Below are positions 1-8,176 of a stretch of DNA of 64,000 nt, one piece after another (positions within the stretch are counted from its first letter, which is position 1; every line of letters starts with the position of its first letter). The stretch is taken from NCBI GenBank assembly GCA_965238075.1, contig OZ250173.1, positions 128,001-192,000 on the forward strand. Direction: 5' to 3'. Made by a program: the position numbers and the translations under genes. Below the pieces are notes generated by a model. That model was not told the origin of the DNA. It saw only the letters and a program-made list of their open reading frames with translations, and searched no databases. This DNA comes from Candidatus Entotheonellaceae bacterium. GTDB taxonomy: Bacteria > Tectomicrobia > Entotheonellia > Entotheonellales > Entotheonellaceae.

Positions 1-629
1 AACGCGTCGCTCTGGCTCGCGCTCTGGCTCCCGGTCCGCAACTCCTGCTGCTCGATGAACCGTTCAGCAATCTGGACGTCAACCTGCGTCGCCAGCTTAG
101 GCAGGAGATGCAGGACGTTTTGCGGCGTACGGACATGACCACCATTCTCGTTACCCACGATCAGGAAGAAGCCCTCAGCTTGGCTGACACACTCGCTATT
201 CTCGATCAGGGCCGCGTCGTGCAGTACGACACCCCGGAGGCCATCGTGCAGCGCCCCTGCACCCGTTTCGTGGCCGAGTTCCTCGCCCTCGGGCACTTCC
301 TACCCGGCGAAATCCGCGACCACTGCATCGTCACCGAAATGGGTCCCGTCCGCCTCGACCCCGACATGCCCACTGTCCCGGACGGCTGCCGCGAAGTCGA
401 CCTCCTGATTCCGCCCGAATGCCTCACGCTGTGCGACAACGGCCACGGCACCCGCGCCCGGGTAACGCAGATTACCTTTCAGGGCACCCGCAAGCTCTAC
501 ACTGTCCGCCTTCCCTCCGGGGCCCACTTGCAAGGCCTCTGCGCCCACGATGCCCCCCTGCAAACCGGCGCGCAAATCAACGTGCGCTATGAACCCACGG
601 TTCTGATTACCTTCCCCAGCGAGCCTTGA
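1..629 (+). CDS. ABC transporter ATP-binding protein, FbpC/PotA type with C-terminal TOBE domain (5' part outside window)
   Basis: Frame open from the window edge: RVALARALA...LLLDEPFSNLD (Walker B/D-loop), VTHDQEEA switch, TOBE-like C-terminus. Confidence 0.85.
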   Translation, partial: RVALARALAPGPQLLLLDEPFSNLDVNLRRQLRQEMQDVLRRTDMTTILVTHDQEEALSLADTLAILDQGRVVQYDTPEAIVQRPCTRFVAEFLALGHFLPGEIRDHCIVTEMGPVRLDPDMPTVPDGCREVDLLIPPECLTLCDNGHGTRARVTQITFQGTRKLYTVRLPSGAHLQGLCAHDAPLQTGAQINVRYEPTVLITFPSEP

Positions 630-672
630 ACGACGCGTCATTGACTTGGTTTTAATGTGCCAGGCTATCGCA

Positions 673-917
673 ATGCAAGCGAGAGAAACCGAAATGGCCG
701 AGTACATGGGCGAACGTTTTCTCGGTATCGAGAAGCGCATGGAGCAGGGATTTGCGCATGCCGAAATGGCGCGGGAACAGGACTTTGTTCATATCAACCC
801 GCGTCTGGACGACATGAACAAGCGCTTCGACGCCTTGAGGAATACGATGCTGATGCTTTACATCCCCGTTGCCTGGCCATTTCGGGCGCGGTGGTGACGT
901 ATCTTTTCTTCCAGTGA
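673..917 (+). pseudogene. Small coiled-coil protein with C-terminal TM anchor (DUF1640/CCDC90-like), frameshifted near 870
   Basis: IEKRMEQGF...RLDDMNKRFDALR coiled coil; hydrophobic tail LYIPV continues as LAISGAVVTYLFFQ* in another frame. Confidence 0.5.
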
Positions 918-970
918 CATATAAACCCCTCCCCCACCAGAGCAGCGTGCAGCGCAAATAACGTCAAAAT

Positions 971-1033
971 ACCCACTCATAAAGAGGTTGCCAGCAGATG
1001 CCTCCGGTTGTATAAATGATAACGGTTTTCATT
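971..1033 (+). promoter_or_regulatory. Sigma70 promoter (TTGCCA-N17-TATAAA, 988-1016) overlapped by a Fur-like box (1015-1033), with an upstream palindromic site (971-988)
   Basis: AATGATAAC-G-GTTTTCATT is a 9-1-9 inverted repeat (8/9 match); all elements recur at 59820-59888. Confidence 0.75.
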
Positions 1034-1079
1034 ATTATATTTCCGGCGAGTAACTCCGCCGGCGCCGGAGGGACCCCCT

Positions 1080-1328
1080 ATGGATTCGGTTGTTGCAGAC
1101 ATACAGGAGAGCCTGCTTCAGGACTTCGGCAGCCGGCTGCGGCAAATGCGCAAGATGCGGCGGCTGCGGCAACTGGACATGGCCTCGTTCGGGTTGAGCT
1201 ACAAGTACTACCAGCGGATCGAGGCGGGCCAGGTGAACCCCACCTTGATCACCCTGCATCGGCTGGCATCGGCGTTCAATGTGTCGGTGTACGATTTCTT
1301 CCGCCCGGAAGTGACGACGGAAGCATGA
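1080..1328 (+). CDS. XRE/Cro-C1 family HTH transcriptional regulator (82 aa), copy 1
   Basis: FGSRLRQMRKMRRLRQLDMA...YYQRIEAGQVNPTLITLHRLASAFNVSV is a typical HTH_3 pattern. Confidence 0.9.
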   Translation: MDSVVADIQESLLQDFGSRLRQMRKMRRLRQLDMASFGLSYKYYQRIEAGQVNPTLITLHRLASAFNVSVYDFFRPEVTTEA

Positions 1329-1472
1329 GGCTGCCCAATTTACGCAGGCCGTACACCGTTCGGCGTTAAGCGCTCCGCTTCAGGCTCATTGAACAAAGTG
1401 CCTGACACGTCCTTCCTCCCTACGTGCAGGCGCGCCCGGCAGGGGTCGGCGGAGGCCCCTGCCACTCCCTGA
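1326..1472 (+). ncRNA. Candidate structured 3'-UTR sRNA with C-rich anti-SD loop, copy 1
   Basis: Hairpins at 1341-1353, 1398-1433 (loop CCTTCCTCCCT) and 1438-1463; compensatory changes relative to the copy at 60187-60333. Confidence 0.55.
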
Positions 1473-1608
1473 ATCACCCTGAGCGGTGCGATCCGCAACA
1501 ACGCACCGCTCTCCCAAACCTGGGTGCAATTTCCGGCCACTCACCTTATACTGCCCTGTCTTTTCGGACAGCCAGTCAACCCGCCCAATAAGGTGAATCC
1601 TCGCTCTG

Positions 1609-2730
1609 ATGCTTGCCTACATCATTCGCCGCTTGATTCTGATCGTGCCCACCCTGTTCGGCATCATGCTGATCAATTTTTTCGTCATTCAGATTGTGCC
1701 GGGCGGACCGGTTGAGCAGTTGCTGGCAGAGCTCTCGGGCGAGGCCATCGAGGCGACCGCTCGCTTCGGCGGTGCGGCGTCGGACGACCCCATGGGGCGA
1801 CAGACCCAGGAGCAGGCTACGGGCGGCGCCTCAACCAGCGTCACCAGCAAATACCGCGGCGCCCGCGGGCTCGATCCGGATCTGGTGCGCGAGATTGAGG
1901 TCATGTACGGGCTGGACAAGCCGCTGCACGTGCGCTTTGTGGACATGATGCGCTCGTATCTCACCTTCGACTTCGGCGACAGTTTCTTTCAGGACCGGCC
2001 CGTGGTGGATCTCGTCCTGGACAAAATGCCGGTGTCCGTCTCCCTCGGCCTGTGGACCACCTTTCTCGTTTATCTCATCTCCATCCCGCTCGGTATCAGC
2101 AAGGCGGTGCGCGACGGCACCCGCTTCGACGTGACCACCAGCAGCGTCATCACCGTCGGCTACGCCATCCCCAGTTTCCTGTTTGCTCTCATTCTCATCA
2201 TCCTTTTCGCCGGCGGGCGTTACGTGTCGTGGTTTCCGCTGCGCGGCCTGACGTCGGAAAACTGGGCCGAACTGAGCGCCATGAGCAAGGTGGTCGATTA
2301 CCTGTGGCACCTGGTGCTGCCCATCATCGCCATGGTGATCGGCGGTTTCGCCACCCTTACCCTGCTGACCAAAAACTCCTTCCTGGACCAGATCGGCATG
2401 CAGTACGTCATGACCGCCCGCGCCAAAGGGCTGAGCGAGCGCCGGGTGTTATACGGCCACGTGTTTCGCAACGCCATGCTGATCGTCATTGCCGGGTTTC
2501 CGGGCGCCTTCATCAGCATTTTCTTCTCGGGCGCGCTGCTCATCGAGGTGATCTTCTCGCTCGACGGCCTGGGCCTGCTGGGGTACGAGGCGGCCATCAA
2601 ACGCGACTACCCCATCATGTTCGCCTCCCTCTACTTCTTCTCCCTGTTGGGCTTGGTGATGGGCATCGTCAGCGACCTGATGTACGCCTTCATTGATCCG
2701 CGTATCGACTTCGCCTCCCGGGAGGTGTGA
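1609..2730 (+). CDS. yejB: Microcin C/peptide ABC transporter permease
   Basis: MLAYIIRRLILIVPTLFGI, PGGPVEQ, SKYRGARGLDP, TKNSFLDQI, TARAKGL motifs. Confidence 0.92.
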   Translation: MLAYIIRRLILIVPTLFGIMLINFFVIQIVPGGPVEQLLAELSGEAIEATARFGGAASDDPMGRQTQEQATGGASTSVTSKYRGARGLDPDLVREIEVMYGLDKPLHVRFVDMMRSYLTFDFGDSFFQDRPVVDLVLDKMPVSVSLGLWTTFLVYLISIPLGISKAVRDGTRFDVTTSSVITVGYAIPSFLFALILIILFAGGRYVSWFPLRGLTSENWAELSAMSKVVDYLWHLVLPIIAMVIGGFATLTLLTKNSFLDQIGMQYVMTARAKGLSERRVLYGHVFRNAMLIVIAGFPGAFISIFFSGALLIEVIFSLDGLGLLGYEAAIKRDYPIMFASLYFFSLLGLVMGIVSDLMYAFIDPRIDFASREV

Positions 2731-2733
2731 GCC

Positions 2734-3759
2734 GTGACGCCCTTGAATCAGCGACGCTGGGCCAATTTCCGAGCCAACCGGCGCGGCTACTACTGCCTGT
2801 GGATATTCACCCTGCTGTTCGTGGTCACCCTGTTCGCCGAATTTCTGGCTAACGACAAGCCGCTGCTCGTCTACTTCGACGGCGACCTGCTGGTGCCGGT
2901 GGTGGCGCAATTTCCCGAGACCCGCTTCGGCGGGGAATTTCCGACCGAAGCCGATTATCGTGACGAGTACGTCGTCGAGCTGATTGAAGCCAAGGGCTGG
3001 ATGGTATGGCCCCTCATCCCGTTCGCCTACGACACCATCGTGCGCGGCCGGCGGGCGCCGGCGCCGCCGTCGGCGGTGAACTGGCTGGGTACCGACGACC
3101 ACAGCCGCGACGTGCTGGCGCGCCTCATTTACGGCTTCCGCATTTCGGTGCTGTTCGGCCTCGTGCTGACGGTGTTTTCCATGCTCATCGGTGTCTCGGC
3201 GGGCGCCGTGCAGGGCTATTTCGGCGGCTGGCTCGATCTCACCCTGCAGCGGCTGATGGAGGTGTGGTCGTCCATGCCCACGCTCTATCTGTTGATCATC
3301 CTGTCGAGCGTCGTGCAGCCGAATTTCTGGTGGCTGCTGGGCATTCTGCTGCTGTTCAGTTGGATGGGCTACGTCGGGGTGGTGCGCGCTGAGTTTCTGC
3401 GGGCGAGAAACTTCGACTTCGTGCGGGCGGCGCGAGCGCTCGGCGTGTCGAACGCGGTGATCATGTTCCGCCACGTCCTGCCCAACGCCACGGTGGCCAC
3501 CATCACCTTCCTGCCGTTCAGCCTCAGCGGCGCGGTAACGGCCCTCACGGCGCTCGATTTTCTGGGCTTCGGCCTGCCGCCCGGCTCGGCCTCGCTGGGC
3601 GAAATGGTGACCCAAGGTCGCAACAATCTGCACGCCCCGTGGCTTGGGCTGACGAGTTTCTTCACTCTGGGAATCATGCTGATCTTGCTGATTTTTACGG
3701 GCGAAGCGGTGCGCGACGCCTTTGACCCCCGCAAGACCTTTGCGGCCCGGCCGGAGTAA
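2734..3759 (+). CDS. yejE: Microcin C/peptide ABC transporter permease
   Basis: NQRRWANFRANRRGY, FLANDKPL, WLGTDDHSRDVLARLIYGFRIS. Confidence 0.92.
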   Translation: MTPLNQRRWANFRANRRGYYCLWIFTLLFVVTLFAEFLANDKPLLVYFDGDLLVPVVAQFPETRFGGEFPTEADYRDEYVVELIEAKGWMVWPLIPFAYDTIVRGRRAPAPPSAVNWLGTDDHSRDVLARLIYGFRISVLFGLVLTVFSMLIGVSAGAVQGYFGGWLDLTLQRLMEVWSSMPTLYLLIILSSVVQPNFWWLLGILLLFSWMGYVGVVRAEFLRARNFDFVRAARALGVSNAVIMFRHVLPNATVATITFLPFSLSGAVTALTALDFLGFGLPPGSASLGEMVTQGRNNLHAPWLGLTSFFTLGIMLILLIFTGEAVRDAFDPRKTFAARPE

Positions 3760-3776
3760 TCCCCCTCGGAGGTCGT

Positions 3777-5405
3777 ATGGCGGCGTTGTTGGACATACAG
3801 GACCTGGCGGTGGATTTCCGTACCGAAGGCGGCGCCGTGCATGCCGTTGCGGGACTGTCCATGTCGATTGACCGCGGCGAAACCGTCGCCCTGGTCGGTG
3901 AATCCGGCTCCGGCAAGTCGGTCACGGCCCTAAGTGTTTTGCAACTGCTGCCCTACCCCACCGCCTCGCACCCCGGCGGCAGCATCCGGCTGGACGGCCA
4001 GGAGCTGCTTGGCGCGCCCGCTTCAACGATGCGTACAGTGCGCGGCAACCGCATCGCCATGGTCTTCCAGGAGCCCATGACGTCGCTCAACCCGTTGCAT
4101 TCCATCGACAAGCAGCTCGGTGAAACGCTGCGGCTGCACAAGGGCATGGGAAAGACGGGTGCACGACAACGAACCCTGGAATTGCTGCACCTGGTCGGTC
4201 TGGCCGAGGCCGAGAAACGCCTGACTGCCTTCCCGCACGAACTTTCCGGCGGCCAGCGCCAGCGCGTCATGATCGCCATGGCGCTGGCCAACGAACCCGC
4301 CCTGCTGATCGCCGACGAACCCACCACCGCGCTCGACGTCACCATTCAGGCGCAGATTCTGCAACTGCTCAAGAGCCTGCAGCGCCGGTTCAACATGGCA
4401 ATGCTGTTCATCACCCACGACCTGACCGTCGTGCGCAAGGTGGCCGACCGCGTCTGCGTCATGCAGCACGGCGTGATCGTCGAGACTGGCGCCACCGCCC
4501 GCATTTTCGAGACCCCCGCCCACCCCTACACCCAGCAGCTAATCCAAGCGCAGCCGAGCGGCACGGCACCGGCCGCCGCCGCCGCGGCGCCTCTGATACG
4601 GACCGAAGACCTCCGGGTCTGGTACCCCATCCGCGCCGGCCTGTTGCGCCGTACCGTCGATCACGTCAAGGCGGTGGACGGCCTGACGCTCACCGTGCAC
4701 GCCGGCCAGACGGTCGGGGTGGTCGGGGAATCCGGCTCCGGCAAGACCACCCTGGGCCTGGCGCTGCTGCGGCTCATTGCCTCGCGGGGCGTCATTCATT
4801 TCCGCGATACCCTCATCCAGGGATTGAAGTCGCGCGCCCTGCGGCCGCTGCGGCGGGAAATGCAGATCATCTTCCAGGACCCGTTCGGAAGCCTGAGCCC
4901 GCGTTTGTCGATTGCCCAGATCATCGAAGAGGGTCTCAAGGTGCACGGCACCGTAAGCACCGCCGAGGCGCGCGACGAAATCATTATCGCCGCGCTGCAA
5001 GAAGTAGGGCTCGACCCGGTAAGCCGGCACCGCTATCCGCACGAGTTTTCGGGCGGCCAGCGGCAGCGGGTGGCCATTGCCCGCGCTCTCGTGCTCAAGC
5101 CCGCTTTCATCGTCCTGGACGAGCCGACGTCTTCGCTCGACGTCAGCGTGCAGGCCCAGATTCTACTCCTGCTGCGCCAACTCCAGCGCGACCACAATCT
5201 CGCTTACCTGTTCATCAGCCACGACCTGAAGGTCGTGCGGGCGATGGCCAACTATCTGGTGGTCATGTACCGTGGCAAGGTCGTTGAAGAAGGCCCGACC
5301 GAGGCGATTTTCGAGCACCCCCGGGACGCCTACACCCAGCGCCTGTTGGCCGCCTCGCTTGACCTGGATTCCCCTCCGGACAATACAGTGGAGGGTGATC
5401 AGTAG
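3777..5405 (+). CDS. yejF: Peptide ABC transporter ATP-binding protein with two ATPase domains
   Basis: Two GESGSGK Walker A motifs, two SGGQRQR signatures; operon context. Confidence 0.92.
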   Translation: MAALLDIQDLAVDFRTEGGAVHAVAGLSMSIDRGETVALVGESGSGKSVTALSVLQLLPYPTASHPGGSIRLDGQELLGAPASTMRTVRGNRIAMVFQEPMTSLNPLHSIDKQLGETLRLHKGMGKTGARQRTLELLHLVGLAEAEKRLTAFPHELSGGQRQRVMIAMALANEPALLIADEPTTALDVTIQAQILQLLKSLQRRFNMAMLFITHDLTVVRKVADRVCVMQHGVIVETGATARIFETPAHPYTQQLIQAQPSGTAPAAAAAAPLIRTEDLRVWYPIRAGLLRRTVDHVKAVDGLTLTVHAGQTVGVVGESGSGKTTLGLALLRLIASRGVIHFRDTLIQGLKSRALRPLRREMQIIFQDPFGSLSPRLSIAQIIEEGLKVHGTVSTAEARDEIIIAALQEVGLDPVSRHRYPHEFSGGQRQRVAIARALVLKPAFIVLDEPTSSLDVSVQAQILLLLRQLQRDHNLAYLFISHDLKVVRAMANYLVVMYRGKVVEEGPTEAIFEHPRDAYTQRLLAASLDLDSPPDNTVEGDQ

Positions 5406-5488
5406 TGGTTACCAAACAGCAACTATGTTCAGAAGAATCCGGCTGAATCCAATCAGTCCGTACGAACACCAATATGGAGGAATGACGC

Positions 5489-7327
5489 ATGAACCGATTT
5501 GGATGGTGTCTTGTCATGGTGGCGCTCGTGCTGCCGGGAATCAGCGCGGCGCAGGACGGCGGCGAGGTGCATCGGGCGCACGCCATCGCCATGCACGGGA
5601 CGCCGAAGTACGGCGCGGACTTTGAGCATTTCGAATACACCACTCCCGACGCCCCAAAGGGCGGCAGGGTCGTCTTCAGCGCGTTTGGGAGCTACGACAG
5701 TCTGCATCCGTTCATATTGAAAGGACAACCGGCGGCCGGCGTTGGCAACCTGTTCGAATCCCTCACCATGAGTTCGTCGGACGAGGCCTTCTCGCGCTAC
5801 GGCCTGCTGGCGGAATCGATCGAGTGGCCGGAGGACCGCTCGTGGGTGGCCTACACCCTGCGCCCGGAAGCGCGTTGGCACGACGGTCAGCCGGTGACCG
5901 TGGAGGACGTTATATGGTCTTTGGAGACTCTGAAATCCCAGGGGCACCCCGGCTTTCGCCAGTATTTTGCCAACGTTACCGGTGCCGAAAGAACCGGCCC
6001 GCGAACCGTGCGCTTCAGCTTCAGCGGTCCGACCAATCGCGAGTTGCCGCTCATCATCGGCGAGTTGCCCATCCTGCCCAAGCACTACTGGCAGGATCGC
6101 GACTTTCAGGCCACAACCCTTCAGGCGCCCCTTGGGAGCGGCCCCTACCGGGTGAAAGCGGTCGACCCGGGGCGGTCGATCACCTACGAGCTCGACCCGA
6201 ACTATTGGGGTAAGGACCTGCCGGTGAACCGCGGCAAGGACAATTACGGCATCATGCACTACGAGTACTACAGGGACCGCGGCGTGCAGCGCGAGGCGTT
6301 CAAAGCCGGCAAGATCGACTTCTTCTCCGAAAACGTCGCCAAGGAATGGGCCACGGCGTACGACTTGGCGACGGTCCGCAACGGCGTGATCAACAAGCGC
6401 CTGATCCCGCACGAAAATCCGCAGGGCATGCAGGCGTTCGTCTTCAACACCCGGCGTGAGATGTTCAAAGATCGCCAAGTCCGCGCCGCGCTGGCCTACG
6501 CCTTCGATTTTGAGTGGACCAATCAAAACCTGTTTTACGGCGCCTACACGCGCACCAGAAGCTATTTTTCCAACTCGGAGCTGGCGTCCAGCGATCTGCC
6601 AAGCGACGCCGAGTTGGCCGTTCTGGAACCCTACAGGGATCAATTGCCGCCCGAGGTGTTTACCCGGGCGTATGAGCCGCCCATGACCGACGGCAGCGGC
6701 AATCTGCGCGGCAATCTGCGCACCGCGCTGCGGCTCCTGAAAGGCGCCGGGTGGGATATCCAGGACGGCGCGCTGACGCACGGCGACAGCGGCCTCGTGA
6801 TGCAGTTCGAAGTCATGCTGATGTCGCCCGACTTCGAGCGCGTGGTGCTGCCGTTCACCAAGAACCTGGAACGTCTGGGTATTGTCGCGGACGTGCGAAC
6901 GGTGGACACGGCGCAATATCAGCAACGTATGGACAGTTTCGACTTCGACGTGGTCGTCGGCGGCTGGGGCCAGTCGCTGTCGCCAGGAAACGAGCAGCGC
7001 AACTATTGGCATTCACAGGCGGCGGACATCCAGGGCAGCCGCAACACCGCGGGCATTCAGAATCCGGTTGTGGATGACCTGATCGAACTGGTGATTTCGG
7101 CGCCGGACCGCGACAGCCTGATTGCCCGCACGCGGGCGCTGGACCGCGTGCTGCTGTGGAACCACTACGTCATCCCGCACTGGCACCTGGCCGCCTACCG
7201 CGTCCTGTACTGGGACAAGTTCGGCACTCCGGAGATCATGCCGAAATACGACCTCGGCGTGCAGTACTGGTGGATCGCCCCCGACCTGGACGCCAGTCTG
7301 GCCGAGCGCTGGGACGCCGTGCAATAG
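5489..7327 (+). CDS. yejA: Peptide ABC transporter periplasmic binding protein
   Basis: Signal peptide; HAIAMHGTPKY...PDAPKGG; RALDRVLLWNHYVIP. Confidence 0.92.
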   Translation: MNRFGWCLVMVALVLPGISAAQDGGEVHRAHAIAMHGTPKYGADFEHFEYTTPDAPKGGRVVFSAFGSYDSLHPFILKGQPAAGVGNLFESLTMSSSDEAFSRYGLLAESIEWPEDRSWVAYTLRPEARWHDGQPVTVEDVIWSLETLKSQGHPGFRQYFANVTGAERTGPRTVRFSFSGPTNRELPLIIGELPILPKHYWQDRDFQATTLQAPLGSGPYRVKAVDPGRSITYELDPNYWGKDLPVNRGKDNYGIMHYEYYRDRGVQREAFKAGKIDFFSENVAKEWATAYDLATVRNGVINKRLIPHENPQGMQAFVFNTRREMFKDRQVRAALAYAFDFEWTNQNLFYGAYTRTRSYFSNSELASSDLPSDAELAVLEPYRDQLPPEVFTRAYEPPMTDGSGNLRGNLRTALRLLKGAGWDIQDGALTHGDSGLVMQFEVMLMSPDFERVVLPFTKNLERLGIVADVRTVDTAQYQQRMDSFDFDVVVGGWGQSLSPGNEQRNYWHSQAADIQGSRNTAGIQNPVVDDLIELVISAPDRDSLIARTRALDRVLLWNHYVIPHWHLAAYRVLYWDKFGTPEIMPKYDLGVQYWWIAPDLDASLAERWDAVQ

Positions 7328-7354
7328 GACACATGGGCAGAGGAGGCCCGCCGA

Positions 7355-8134
7355 ATGGCTGAAGCAAAAAACGCCAGGCTCTCGCTGGCCGAGCAGGCGC
7401 GCACGTTGATGCACGTCGGGCGCGTCGGCATGCTGTCGACGCTGTCCGAGCGGCACCCCGACTGGCCGTTCGGCTCGGTGATGCCCTACGGTCTGGACGA
7501 CGAGGGCCGTCCGACGTTTCTGATCAGCTCGCTGGCGATGCACACCCGCAACCTGCTGCGCGACCCGCGGGCCAGCCTGCTGGTGGCCGAAGAGCGTGCC
7601 CACGAAGACCCCCTCGGCAGCGCGCGTCTCACCCTCCTGGGTTCCGTTGCCGAGGTGCCCGATGCCGACTTGGCAACCATTCGTGATAGCTACCTACAAC
7701 GCCATCCGCAAGCTGCGATGTGGGTGGATTTCGGTGATTTTGCTTTCTACCGGATGGACATTACGGAGCCGTACTACGTGGGCGGCTTCGGCGTGATGGG
7801 ATGGGTGAGGGCCAACGATTATCTCGCCGCCGAGGCCGACCCGCTGGCGGACCTTGCGCCGAGCGTCATACAGCACATGAACGACGACCACGCCGAGGCG
7901 TTGGTGTTGATGGCGCGGCATTTCGCGGGTTGTGCCGCCGAGTCGGTCACGATGACCGGCGTGGACCGCTTGGGGTGTGACCTGCAAGCGGTGTTGAAGG
8001 ATGGGGAACAGGACTTGCGGGTGTCGCTCATCCGGCCGGCGACCAACGGCAACGAGATCCGCAAGGTGCTGACGGAGATGTCGCAGCAGGCGCGGGCCGC
8101 ACTTGATCCCGGCGACAAGCCGGTCTCGCCATAA
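7355..8134 (+). CDS. HugZ/pyridoxamine 5'-phosphate oxidase-like split-barrel protein with C-terminal DUF2470
   Basis: PFGS, LISSLAMHTRNL, FGDFAFYR, VGGFG, HMNDDH motifs. Confidence 0.85.
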   Translation: MAEAKNARLSLAEQARTLMHVGRVGMLSTLSERHPDWPFGSVMPYGLDDEGRPTFLISSLAMHTRNLLRDPRASLLVAEERAHEDPLGSARLTLLGSVAEVPDADLATIRDSYLQRHPQAAMWVDFGDFAFYRMDITEPYYVGGFGVMGWVRANDYLAAEADPLADLAPSVIQHMNDDHAEALVLMARHFAGCAAESVTMTGVDRLGCDLQAVLKDGEQDLRVSLIRPATNGNEIRKVLTEMSQQARAALDPGDKPVSP

Positions 8135-8176
8135 CTGAGCGAGATTCGGTGCCACCACCCTTCTGAGGCAAGGGCG

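Noticed and set aside
1438-1472. GC-rich hairpin read as an intrinsic terminator or cobalamin riboswitch (GCCACTG in copy 2)
   Set aside because: No U-tract on either strand and no other B12-element motifs; kept only as part of the candidate sRNA
2449-7012. Long antisense ORFs (394 aa and 519 aa) and similar shadow ORFs across the window
   Set aside because: They lie opposite well-supported genes, as expected from high-GC codon bias, and have no motifs
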